NCBI RefSeq assembly: GCF_003019035.1
Contig: NZ_CP027448.1
DNA from: Escherichia coli
GTDB taxonomy: Bacteria > Pseudomonadota > Gammaproteobacteria > Enterobacterales > Enterobacteriaceae
Length of the DNA stretch: 64,000 nt
Reading direction: 5' to 3' (one strand)
In this document: in pieces, positions 31,209 through 42,278 of the stretch
Numbering within the stretch: the stretch's first letter is position 1
Layout: every line of letters begins with the position of its first letter
Position numbers and translations under genes: made by a program
The notes under the pieces: generated by a model
Databases searched by the model: none
The model's input: only the letters and a program-made list of their open reading frames with translations
What the model was told of the DNA's origin: nothing

Positions 31209-33167
31209 TCAGGCGGCATCAGCCAGGTTATCGGTGCGTTCAGTGGCATCCGTCTGTGGGCGTGGTGCACACATCCAGCCAGGCACCCAGCGGTTGTCTT
31301 TCATATGGTGCTCTGCATGTTCAGCCGCATCGCCTTTCTTCATCTTCTCCGCGTCCCGTGCAGCACCGGACAGTCCTGCCTCATTCAGGGCTGCGATAAT
31401 CTGCGGCTTTTTCAGGTGTCCGAAGAAGTTTGCTTTTGTCGGCTGCCACCAGTCGCGCATGTGAAAGCCGATGGCGCTTTCCAGCGAATCCAGCGGACTG
31501 CGTGACGTGTGACCATACTCACGGGTCTGAACACCGTGGATGCTGCATGCAGTGCAGAAACTGAGCAGGGACAACAGAACCTCCTGGCTGAGTGACAGGA
31601 ACGTCGTCATATCCCGTGCCCATCCCTCCGGTAACAGGGCTGCAAGACGGGCTTTTTCTGCCATCATCGCCATGAATGCGGCACCGTCCTTCCCCGATGG
31701 CGCATCGCTGGTCAGCGCATAATGCTCACATTCCAGACGAATTTTTGCGGGATTGCTGTACGCCCCGCTACCAAACACATTCAGGCAGAGCGTCCATGCC
31801 AGCAGTGCCAGGGATTTGTCCGGCTGTTGCATAAGCGCCGCCTGGACTGCCAGCGTGCGCTCTGAGGACATTTTCGTCAGCAGTGGCAGACTGATTTCCT
31901 CCACGGAGGCTTTCTCCTGCACCTGTTCCGTGTGGTCAGCGTCGTCAGCCACATCATCCTCACTGCGTAACTGCACACCACGCTGGACACATACGTTTCC
32001 ATAACGCCAGGACACCACCACGCCACTTCCGGCACGCATCTCCGGCGTCCACGCCCTGACCTTCGCCATGCAGTCAATCAGCTTCATTTCTGCTTCCAGC
32101 AGGTCGGATTCCTCACACTGGTTTTCCAGCGCATCGTAACGTGCCATCAGTTCGTTCAGGCGTTCTTCTTCTGCCTCCGTCAGCACCGCTTCCGGCTCCG
32201 GCAGACTGCGGTATGTTCCGGCATCCTCACGGCACTCACCAACGGCCTCCATGCGTCCGGCACACCATCCCCAGCCCTCGGCTTCCCGAAGGTGTTCAGC
32301 AACAGCCTGGAGTTTTTCCAGCAGGGCAGCATCGAGCGCAACACAGTCCACATAGCCACCCTCGTCGTCGCTGAACAAATCGGTGCGCAGTTCATCTGGC
32401 GAGAAGGCATCAGCCCCCACAAAGCGGAATTTAGTGTTCCCCACCACCGCCACTTCACTTTCGGTCACCAGACGACGAATGGTCTGTACTCCCGGTTTTC
32501 CGCCCCATCCCGACTGACAGGCAGCTTCAAACACCTGCACCTGACGCGCGGTGTCGTTCTCCAGCGCCAGCGCCTGACAGTGCTCTGTGGTGATGCGGTC
32601 TTCTGCCAGCGCATCGAGGATGACAGGCGCAAGGTCTGCCAGTTTCAGCATTCGCTGAACGTGGCGGGGTGAATAGCCCAGCAAATCACCGATTTGTGCA
32701 GGCGTTTTGCCTTCCTGCGCCATTGCACGGAATCCGGCAATCTGTTCGGCAGGGTGCATATCCCGACGATGACCGTTTTCAGTCATTGATGCGGCAGTCG
32801 CCAGTTCCTGCGGAATAACCTTCACGCGGACAGGCCAGTCAGCAGGAAGGATGTTGCGCTCTGCCAGCATGTTGAGTGCTGCCAGTCGGCGACCGCCTGC
32901 GGCGACACCGTAACGGTCACCTGGCAGGGCATGAACAACCAGATTCTGCAGCAGGCCGACGCCCTTAATGGACTCTGCCAGTTCGCTGACGGACTCCGCA
33001 GAATACGGCACCGTGCGCACATTCAGCGGTGACTTAATCAGCGAGGCCAGCGGCACGCTCACTTCAGCCGTCTCCGCCAGCAGGGCCGACAGGACTGTTT
33101 CCTGCGTTTTTGCAGGTTTACGGCTGGATTTACGCTCCGTTTTTACCTTAGACTCTGTAACTGACAT
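31209..33167 (-). CDS. ParB/Srx-domain (ParB-like nuclease) leading-region protein, 652 aa
   Basis: N-terminal ParB-like motif ...LVVHALPGDRYGVAAGGRRLAAL...; start set at ATG 33167 with AAGGAG RBS (ORF track begins 33263). Confidence 0.78.
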   Translation of the reverse strand: MSVTESKVKTERKSSRKPAKTQETVLSALLAETAEVSVPLASLIKSPLNVRTVPYSAESVSELAESIKGVGLLQNLVVHALPGDRYGVAAGGRRLAALNMLAERNILPADWPVRVKVIPQELATAASMTENGHRRDMHPAEQIAGFRAMAQEGKTPAQIGDLLGYSPRHVQRMLKLADLAPVILDALAEDRITTEHCQALALENDTARQVQVFEAACQSGWGGKPGVQTIRRLVTESEVAVVGNTKFRFVGADAFSPDELRTDLFSDDEGGYVDCVALDAALLEKLQAVAEHLREAEGWGWCAGRMEAVGECREDAGTYRSLPEPEAVLTEAEEERLNELMARYDALENQCEESDLLEAEMKLIDCMAKVRAWTPEMRAGSGVVVSWRYGNVCVQRGVQLRSEDDVADDADHTEQVQEKASVEEISLPLLTKMSSERTLAVQAALMQQPDKSLALLAWTLCLNVFGSGAYSNPAKIRLECEHYALTSDAPSGKDGAAFMAMMAEKARLAALLPEGWARDMTTFLSLSQEVLLSLLSFCTACSIHGVQTREYGHTSRSPLDSLESAIGFHMRDWWQPTKANFFGHLKKPQIIAALNEAGLSGAARDAEKMKKGDAAEHAEHHMKDNRWVPGWMCAPRPQTDATERTDNLADAA

Positions 33168-33231
33168 ATATTTCTCCTTTGACCGGGGTGGTTGTATGTC
33201 TGCCGGACGTGATCCCCGTCCGGCACCTCTC

Positions 33232-34720
<1,489 letters not shown>

Positions 34721-34929
34721 GAAAAAGAAGAACAGTAGCAGTAGCAGTAGCAGGAACAACAACATCAGTAACAGACAAATGACAGGCATGAAGAAACAGA
34801 AGCCCCCATCAGAACGTCCGCGTAATGAAAGGGGCGGCGCGTGAGCGCGGCCCCTTTCAGCGCCACCGGCGCGCGGTCTTTTCCCGGCGCGGGCAGACGG
34901 GCATTTATCCTCCCGCCTGCCCGGCGTCT

Positions 34930-35493
34930 TCAGGCACGCAGACGAATAATCATCGTCGGGACATCGGTATAAGCAAACGTGCCGCGCGGCAGCTCCTCGC
35001 GGACGTCAGAAAACGGTAACAGCTTCTCCTGCTGGCGTGGTCCGTTGAGACAGACGGCGACCAGCACGCCACCCGGACGCAACAGGGAAAAGGCCCGCAG
35101 GATATGCCGGATATCCTGCCCGTGGCTGAACGGCGGATTCATGATAACCCGGCTGTAATACTGCGCCGGCTGCCATTCCATGAAGTCGCCACACTGAACC
35201 CTGACACCGTTAAAATTTTCCCGCAGATACCGGACCAGCCCGCTGTTGATTTCCACCGCATCACACATGGCCCCCGGCGCGGTATCCCGAATCGCCCGCA
35301 GTATGGCCCCGGTGCCGGCAGAGGGTTCCAGAATGTGATCACGGTTGCTGATCTCCGCCAGCATCACCAGGCGATCACAGACCGGGGCAGGAGTCACAAA
35401 AAGCTGAGATTCAGCCCGGATTTCAGCAACCGGCGCGGCGTTATCCAGCCTTGCGCGCATCAGCCGGATACGTTCTCTTAACTGACTGTGCAT
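34930..35493 (-). CDS. Small SAM-dependent DNA methyltransferase-like protein (NPPF motif), orphan
   Basis: 187 aa with motif I-like EPSAGTGAIL and motif IV NPPF; no adjacent restriction enzyme. Confidence 0.7.
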   Translation of the reverse strand: MHSQLRERIRLMRARLDNAAPVAEIRAESQLFVTPAPVCDRLVMLAEISNRDHILEPSAGTGAILRAIRDTAPGAMCDAVEINSGLVRYLRENFNGVRVQCGDFMEWQPAQYYSRVIMNPPFSHGQDIRHILRAFSLLRPGGVLVAVCLNGPRQQEKLLPFSDVREELPRGTFAYTDVPTMIIRLRA

Positions 35494-35540
35494 GTCATTA
35501 TCTCCGTCATCCCCCGGGGATTTTCCCGGGGGGATATACC

Positions 35541-36902
35541 TTATTTCTGTGGAATTTCCGTGATTTTCATGTCGGTGATATACACATTCACCAGGCGGAA
35601 ATTATTGTCCATTGTGCGGCGGTAGCGGTATGCCCCGTGGTCTTCTGCTTCTGCCACACTGCGCACGGCCTTACAGTCCCGGGGCAGGGCGGCCCACTGT
35701 GCCTTTGTCATTTCCCGGAAACCTTCCCCCGGATAGTTGACTACCGGCGGACGCTTCGCGGCCTGACTGGCGACGGCAGCCTCTTCTGCCGATGGTGCTT
35801 TGTAGTCCGTGATGCGATCGGGCGTCACTTTCATCGTGCCGCTGTACCCGAGAAAACTGTAATTTGGCGTTGTGACTGAACTCACCACCCCGTTGCTTTT
35901 GTTCACACGGATGATGGTCAGCCACTCGCCCCGGCTGAAAACCTGTCCGCCCGGCTCAAAATCCTGTGTCCGGGTAACCACGCCGCCGCTTTCGTCCAGC
36001 ATGGCACGCTCATAGATCAGGCGGTTCTGATAGTGGTTAACCCAGCGTTGCTGACGCTGGATCTGCCGTTCATGACAGCGGATCGCAATTTCGCGGGCCT
36101 GCTCCGTGGTGATGATGTCATCATCCAGGGCCGACCATAACGATCGACTTCCTTCATACTGGCTTTTTTCTGCCGGGCGCGGATACGTATCCAGCGGGAA
36201 ACAGGCGCTAATATGGTCATGACTGCTGATGAGTTTTGCCATATTCAGATCCAGCGATTCAGCCCGCCACATCGTCAGATATTTCTGCGACTGTGCGATG
36301 GTCTTTTCAGCCTTGCGCAAATCAGCTTCGATTTTTTTGATACGACGCCAGCGAACGTCCGGACGTTCTTTATACTTCGCGTGAAGCAGTGCCGACCGCG
36401 CGCGTTCTTCCCAGTATTCCGCACGTTCAAAGAGCATCACGGCACGTTTCATGCCGTTTTCAATACGCTGCGCATCACGACGGGCGCGGCGTTCGCTGTG
36501 ATGCCCCACAAGAATGGGCTGACCGGGCGGGATCATCGCGGCCAGTCTTTCCACTTCATCAAGTGCCTGTGCGGATTCACTGGCCCGCTTTCCGCTGTAT
36601 CCGGTAAACCGCTCCGCCCGTGCTTCCTGACGTTCAGCGAGCGTGCTGTCTTCATCCTCAATCTCTCCGGCAAGTGAGAGGAGCACGTCTTCCCGGCCCG
36701 GTGTCCAGGCTGGCGCGACAAACAGCGCCTGTTTGGGTGCCCAGCGAAAACCGGCATCATGCACTTTTTTATACGTCTCCGGGTCGAGGCGTGACGCGGC
36801 ATACAGGCGCAGTTTGTTGTCATCCGGTGAGTAGGTCGCGCGGTACATCTGCACAGGGCTGGCGGCTTCCGGGGCGGTCATGGTGATGGCTGCTAATGTC
36901 AT
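35541..36902 (-). CDS. Conserved leading-region protein (DUF3560-like, 453 aa)
   Basis: Long ORF, charged/helical middle region; family name from memory, unverified. Confidence 0.6.
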   Translation of the reverse strand: MTLAAITMTAPEAASPVQMYRATYSPDDNKLRLYAASRLDPETYKKVHDAGFRWAPKQALFVAPAWTPGREDVLLSLAGEIEDEDSTLAERQEARAERFTGYSGKRASESAQALDEVERLAAMIPPGQPILVGHHSERRARRDAQRIENGMKRAVMLFERAEYWEERARSALLHAKYKERPDVRWRRIKKIEADLRKAEKTIAQSQKYLTMWRAESLDLNMAKLISSHDHISACFPLDTYPRPAEKSQYEGSRSLWSALDDDIITTEQAREIAIRCHERQIQRQQRWVNHYQNRLIYERAMLDESGGVVTRTQDFEPGGQVFSRGEWLTIIRVNKSNGVVSSVTTPNYSFLGYSGTMKVTPDRITDYKAPSAEEAAVASQAAKRPPVVNYPGEGFREMTKAQWAALPRDCKAVRSVAEAEDHGAYRYRRTMDNNFRLVNVYITDMKITEIPQK

Positions 36903-36953
36903 AAAATGTTCTCCTTCCGTCTGTTGCCGCCCCTCGCGGGGCGGCTCACCTCA

Positions 36954-37184
36954 TCAGTTAAAAGCGCGTTTCAGTTCGAGTGTGCGGAGCACCTGCCCGA
37001 AGGCCGTGTTTTTCATGGCGGGGATGTGTACACCACGCCCCCGGTGAAAACTCCGGGCTATGTGTCGCCCGAAGGCTTTCAGCACGGGGTCAATTTCCGG
37101 CGCGGGGATGTCTTCGCGTCTGAAACGGGGATGACGGCGGGGCTTTACAGCCGCTGCGGAAGGTGAAACAATACTTACCGTCAT
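36954..37184 (-). CDS. Small basic hypothetical protein (76 aa)
   Basis: AAGGAG RBS 8 nt upstream of ATG 37184; first ORF downstream of repeat copy 3. Confidence 0.45.
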   Translation of the reverse strand: MTVSIVSPSAAAVKPRRHPRFRREDIPAPEIDPVLKAFGRHIARSFHRGRGVHIPAMKNTAFGQVLRTLELKRAFN

Positions 37185-37420
37185 AAATGAAACTCCTTAT
37201 GACTGTTGAATGGAACCGCAGAAACTGCTCGAACAGTTTTTGCGGTGTGGATTAAGCAGGTCCTCCCCGGCCTGCTTTTTTCATATCTGCGTCTGACGTT
37301 CTCCGGTGTTTTCCTCCTTCTGTTCCTGCGTTCTCATTACCTGCCAGCCGGATGACTGACAGAACAAATAAATGCGTATTGCCGGAGCCTGAAATAAATC
37401 CTGATTTTTAAAGAACATCA

Positions 37421-38033
37421 CCCGTTGAGTTTCGGGAGCCGCGGTTTTGACGTTTCGCGGGAACCTGCTGCTGTATTCCCTGTGGTATGAACTTCACCCG
37501 TTTGAGAACCTTCGCCGCAAGGGGCATCACTGCCACGGCCTGACGCACCTGTCCTGGGCAGAACGCAAAATTTTTTACCGGGTTTGGGGTAAAAAATTTT
37601 GTGGGCTGTTCATTTACCCTGGACAGTCAGTGCGGCAGGTTGTGGCTGTATCAGCCCCCGGCGACAGGGACTCATACGGGTGTGTGGCACCCGGCAGGCA
37701 ATGAGCAGGGACCCGCCGCAACGACGGAGAGCGCGTGCGCGAAACGGCGTTGCCCCTTACATCCCGGCGGCCTTTTGCCGGGATGCCAGGAGCGCAGGCC
37801 ACGGCGCGACAGAGGCGGCGCGACCGGAACGGTCGCTGCAAGCCAGGGGGTTTCACGCATCGGACCGTAGCGGCAGCCCGAAACCGCGCCAGCGGGTTCG
37901 GCGGAGACTGGCAGGTGCGCCAGCAGCTGCCTGTCGGAGTCGGGCCTGACGACCGGATGCCGCCAGGCAGCCGGGAGCCGAAGGTGCGCCCGGCAGACAG
38001 AACAACACTGCAGTAGTCAGAATCAGAGCAGCA
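37421..38033 (+). repeat. Structured leading-region repeat, copy 3 (Frpo/ssi-like), diverged 5' part
   Basis: 3' two-thirds nearly identical to copies 1 and 2; 5' part diverged but hairpin retained with compensatory changes (37563-37603). Confidence 0.75.
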
Positions 38034-38224
38034 GATAAAGGAACAACAACAACATCAGGAACAGTTCCACAACATAAGAAAGAAACACTCCTGAGTCAGA
38101 CACATCACAGACGGGAAGGGTAACGGGCGACGCGCCAGCGTGGCCCGCTTCCCTTCCGGCAGGCGTCAGCCTGCCAGGGGTTTTCGCGCGGGCTGACAGG
38201 CGGCCTCCACCGCCTGCCCCTGTA

Positions 38225-38416
38225 TCACCTGTTTCTGCTGCCCTGTAAGATGTAGTGACCGCCCAGGAAAACCGCCTGCTGATTCGCCACAAAATCGCAG
38301 ATTTCATCAACAATCTGCGCGGTGGTGAGCGGTTTCTGCCCCATTTCACGACGCCGCGCATTAATCACGGCCCTGTAATTACGCAGAATTTCGCGGGTTT
38401 CTGTGCTGATATTCAT
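38225..38416 (-). CDS. Small hypothetical protein (63 aa)
   Basis: ATGA overlap with upstream gene (38413-38416) suggests translational coupling. Confidence 0.45.
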   Translation of the reverse strand: MNISTETREILRNYRAVINARRREMGQKPLTTAQIVDEICDFVANQQAVFLGGHYILQGSRNR

Positions 38417-38835
38417 GACATCGTCTCCCCGTCCAGCGCCTGTAACACAACGTCCATTGCTTCGCGTTCCTCCCTGACGAATGCGTCACCGTCGCCCCCG
38501 TTCTCACTCCCGACGGCATACAGGCGCTTCATTTCACTGCCTGCCAGCGCCATCACTTTTTCCAGCATCACCGCCGGGACTGTCACATGACGGCTGGCGC
38601 GCTTTTCTTCCATCAGTTCACGAACAACGTCGTGAACAACGCTGACATCCGCACCATGCTCAAAGGCATCGTCCAGCCGCTGCATGACGGTTTCCAGCTC
38701 ATCGTCTGCCAGACTCCAGTCCTGAGCTATGTGGCGCACATCCCCACGGGTCAGCACCACGGCAAAAACGCATTCACTGTCCGGCACGTCTGTATCCAGC
38801 ACTTCGCGGATAATTTCTTTAACAGTACAGTACAT
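38413..38835 (-). CDS. Acidic leading-region protein (DUF1380-like), paralog of 40542-40976
   Basis: 140 aa starting MYCTVKEII...; shares MY.T....RE.... N-terminus and acidic character with the 144-aa ORF. Confidence 0.6.
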   Translation of the reverse strand: MYCTVKEIIREVLDTDVPDSECVFAVVLTRGDVRHIAQDWSLADDELETVMQRLDDAFEHGADVSVVHDVVRELMEEKRASRHVTVPAVMLEKVMALAGSEMKRLYAVGSENGGDGDAFVREEREAMDVVLQALDGETMS

Positions 38836-38881
38836 GTTCTCGTCTCCTTTACAGGGGCGGCATTGCCGCCCCGTCCGTTAA

Positions 38882-39307
38882 TCAGTCCAGTGCCGCGTAA
38901 ATCGCGTTACATTCGGGGTGAAATTCGATGTGGCTCCACAACTGCGCATCGCGCATCCTGTACAGGTGAGTCAGTCCTGCATCACCGCTGTCGTGGTACA
39001 GCCACAACTGACGGTTAATCACAAGGGAAGTCACAATGATGCCTGCGGCATCGGCGCTGACCGTACGGTCAAACCAGTTTTCACCGTTCACCATGTGGAA
39101 ACGGTCGCCATCCGGCATCATGTAACCGCCACCGTCCGGCAGGCGGATGAAGTGCCAGAATCCGCCTTCATATTCCGGCATCATTTTTTTCGCCAGCGCG
39201 TACACAGATGCCTCGGCATACAGAAAATCATTGCCAAACAGATACAGCAGAAAGGAGAGACGGTCGCATTCTTCAACATTCAGAGTGACAGGTTTCGCAT
39301 ACTGCAT
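38882..39307 (-). CDS. ardB: ArdB/KlcA-family anti-restriction protein (141 aa)
   Basis: ...[21 protein letters not shown]...[23 protein letters not shown]... matches remembered ArdB/KlcA pattern; start at ATG 39307 with GGAGG RBS (track ORF begins 39487). Confidence 0.78.
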   Translation of the reverse strand: MQYAKPVTLNVEECDRLSFLLYLFGNDFLYAEASVYALAKKMMPEYEGGFWHFIRLPDGGGYMMPDGDRFHMVNGENWFDRTVSADAAGIIVTSLVINRQLWLYHDSGDAGLTHLYRMRDAQLWSHIEFHPECNAIYAALD

Positions 39308-39719
39308 GGGATTTCCTCCGTTGTTCACATATTCCGCGACACCGGGCGGTGCCGTGCCTCCATAAAAGCCGGGCGATAAGGCGGGGATGCACAGGGCGCA
39401 AGGGAAGCCGCAGCCTGACGCACACGGCTGACGGGAGTTGGAGGGGGAGACCGCGAAATCTGAGCGGGTGAACGACCGGAAAATCACGGCAGACGGGAAG
39501 GAGGGACCGGGTGACCGCAGCGTTCATTTTACCCTTGCATCCCCGCCAGCCCGGCTAAGATGGAGGCACGGCACAGCCCGCACACGACACGGTGGCCACA
39601 TAACTGAAAACCCACAAGGCCATGCCTGCATGGCCGGGTAAAGCGGAGCCGGCGGCGACTTCCTTTGTGCTCTGTCCGGGGACCGGCAGAAAAAAAAGCG
39701 GGGATTTTCCCCGCCATCA

Positions 39720-40496
39720 TCAGCCCCTGATTTTTGCCAGGGCATCCGCCATGCTGCGGATTTCGGCCCGGGCTTCCCGGACAACTTCCCGCAGAACACC
39801 ACGGTCAAACCTCTGGCGGGGCGGTTCATCCGGTATACGCAGCACATCGCAGGCCAGCCCACTGGACAGGATATGTTCAATACAATCGCTGACCAGATAC
39901 ATTTCCACCGCCGAAAAACGTGCGCCCCGGTTCAGGATGGCATCGAGCACCACGGGCAGGTTTTCGTCGTCCTCATCGAGCCAGCAGGGGTGATCGCTTT
40001 CCTTCACGACCAGGCGAAAGCGGCGCGTCTGGCGGGTCAGTAACGTCTGACCAGTGGTGGTCAGCGCCGCCCGGATACGCCGCGTATCTTCTGCCACCCG
40101 GCAACTGACACTGCGTACCGCATCGCGCACCGCCGCAAGTACAGCCCTGATTTCGTCTTCGGTCAGCCATTCACCGGCATACGGAAAAGACACCTGCGTT
40201 CCGTCTGCCGGAAGTACCGGCAGCGACTGCCACTGACTGCCGGACAGTACAAGTTCCTCCCCGGTTCCGGTCAGTTTGTGAATGGCGGAGGCCAGGAGCG
40301 GCGGCAGTACGCCGCCGTGACGGTTTATAAGTAACGTCGCCAGCTGGGGCGCATCCAGCCGCACGTAAATGCTGATCCAACCCGGATAGTTCGGGTTTCG
40401 CTGGTCAACATCAGTCTCTTCCGGCCAGCCCTGCGCCAGCAGCAGGTCGCGGGCGTGACGACAAATCAGTGCATTCAGCGTTGTGTTTTCGTTCAT
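39720..40496 (-). CDS. Hypothetical leading-region protein (258 aa), function unknown
   Basis: Uninterrupted ORF in operon context; no family recognised. Confidence 0.55.
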   Translation of the reverse strand: MNENTTLNALICRHARDLLLAQGWPEETDVDQRNPNYPGWISIYVRLDAPQLATLLINRHGGVLPPLLASAIHKLTGTGEELVLSGSQWQSLPVLPADGTQVSFPYAGEWLTEDEIRAVLAAVRDAVRSVSCRVAEDTRRIRAALTTTGQTLLTRQTRRFRLVVKESDHPCWLDEDDENLPVVLDAILNRGARFSAVEMYLVSDCIEHILSSGLACDVLRIPDEPPRQRFDRGVLREVVREARAEIRSMADALAKIRG

Positions 40497-40541
40497 GATT
40501 AATCGTTCTCCCTGTATCGCCGCCCGGAGGCGGCGATAACA

Positions 40542-40976
40542 TCAGTCGTTTTCGTGTGTGTTGTTTTTCAGCAGGCTGCGGGTCTGATTAACCACCGCCT
40601 GACGGCGGGTGACGCATTCCGGGACGGCGAGGCCGTTATCACGGGCGGCCCATTCACGCTTCCACAGTGCCTGTTCAGCGGTCTGAATCAGGGACGCCAG
40701 CAGTTCAGCAGGGACGGTCACCTGGCGGTTTTCACTCACGTTGCTGATAATCTCCATCGCCGCACAGGAAGAAATACCGGACTCAGTCCGCTGGTCTTCC
40801 GGGATGTCCTCCAGCCGCGCCAGGACGGTCCTGATTTCATGATCGGACAGGGAAATATCCATTCCGTCAGCGAGGGCCTGAGTTTCTTCCGGGGACCAGA
40901 TAACCAGCATCAGCGGCGTGTCTCCCGGATACTGCGCTGCCAGCTCCCGGCACAGCGTTTCGCATGTTCCGTACAT
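40542..40976 (-). CDS. Acidic leading-region protein (DUF1380-like), paralog of 38413-38835
   Basis: 144 aa starting MYGTCETLCRELA... Confidence 0.6.
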   Translation of the reverse strand: MYGTCETLCRELAAQYPGDTPLMLVIWSPEETQALADGMDISLSDHEIRTVLARLEDIPEDQRTESGISSCAAMEIISNVSENRQVTVPAELLASLIQTAEQALWKREWAARDNGLAVPECVTRRQAVVNQTRSLLKNNTHEND

Positions 40977-40989
40977 TCTCGTCTCCTTC

Positions 40990-41211
40990 TCAATCTTTGA
41001 AGCAGGAATCCAGTTCCAGAATTTCGGTATACGCCTCCATAAACAGGCGATTGGCGCGATACAGCGTCTGGCGTGTCAGGCGTTCAACAAGCACATCGGA
41101 ATCAAAGCGACAGCGATGCTCCATATCGTTCAGCCTGGCCCGAAGGTCACACATGGTGTTGGCCACCTCCGCCACGTCGGCGCGAAGTTTTTCGTGTCCG
41201 GCATAGTTCAT
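40990..41211 (-). CDS. Small hypothetical protein (73 aa)
   Basis: Directly abuts the upstream methyltransferase gene (41212). Confidence 0.45.
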   Translation of the reverse strand: MNYAGHEKLRADVAEVANTMCDLRARLNDMEHRCRFDSDVLVERLTRQTLYRANRLFMEAYTEILELDSCFKD

Positions 41212-41895
41212 TTACGCAGCCTCCGGTTCAAACCAGTTATCATTCGCGGCCCCCTGCTGCATGGCCCGTTGCACGGCGGCCATTCGTTGCTGTCCGGCAC
41301 GGTGATACTGTTCAAGCAGCTCGATACCGATATACCGGCGTCCGGACTGAAGGGCGACCACGCAGGTTGAGCCGCTGCCTGCAAACGGGTCCAGCACAAT
41401 CGCGTTCGGATGTGTGAAGCTCTCAATCAGTGGTTGCAGGCTGGTAACGGGCTTTTCCGTCGGGTGATGGCGGTTGCCTGAATATTTCCAGCCCAGCACG
41501 TCCGGCAGCAGGTTTTGTGGCAGACGTGGACGGCCTTTTGCCAGGATGTAGGCGCATTCGTGGCGATAGCCCACATATGCGGCCTTCGATGTGTAGTTTT
41601 TGGTGAAGACCAGGTGCTCGACCACACTGAATCCCGCATTTTTCCAGGCGGCCATAAAGCGATCGACGCGGTTCCAGCCATAGAGGCTCACCATCAGCGC
41701 GTCTTTTTTCAGCACACGGTACATTTCATTACAGGCCGGTTGCAGCCATTCATCGGTTTTATCACCCGCGATGGTACGTCCCTGACGGTCACGAAAACCG
41801 ACGAGGTACGGCGGGTCAGTCAGCATGAAATCAATGGCGTTATCAGGGATACGGGCCATAACATCGATGCAGTTACCGAGGACAAAACGGGACAT
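41212..41895 (-). CDS. DNA methyltransferase (N6-adenine/N4-cytosine family, DPPY motif), orphan
   Basis: 227 aa with DPPY (motif IV) preceding FAGSGST (motif I); no cognate nuclease nearby. Confidence 0.85.
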   Translation of the reverse strand: MSRFVLGNCIDVMARIPDNAIDFMLTDPPYLVGFRDRQGRTIAGDKTDEWLQPACNEMYRVLKKDALMVSLYGWNRVDRFMAAWKNAGFSVVEHLVFTKNYTSKAAYVGYRHECAYILAKGRPRLPQNLLPDVLGWKYSGNRHHPTEKPVTSLQPLIESFTHPNAIVLDPFAGSGSTCVVALQSGRRYIGIELLEQYHRAGQQRMAAVQRAMQQGAANDNWFEPEAA

Positions 41896-42278
41896 AACAA
41901 CGCTCCTTCTTTCACAGAGGGCACCGGGAGGGCCCCCTGTGGTGCCCGTTCCCCGCTGCCTGTGGGCTGTTCACCGCGTCCGGTAACTGGTCAGGCCGAC
42001 CGTGGAATACCGCAGCCGTCGTCTTTTTGACGGCAAGGTTATGCCGCGAAAGCGGCTTGAAGGGCGTTCATCAGAAAAGGGCGACGGGCTGGCGTACACT
42101 GTCACCGACGCCAGCCGGGAGCGGTAAAAGCGACCGTTCCGTGCCCGCCGGACGCGGGACACTGACCACAGGCAGCGTTCCTGCCGCGCCGCGTCAGCCG
42201 GCGCAGTAAAAAGAGGAGCACGGCGACATCCTTTGTCGGAAAAGAAACGGGCGGTTGCCCGCCCGTCTCCGTCATACT

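Noticed and set aside
34727-34750. (CAGTAG)3 trinucleotide tandem repeat
   Set aside because: Very short, non-coding and outside any gene start; no evidence of function.
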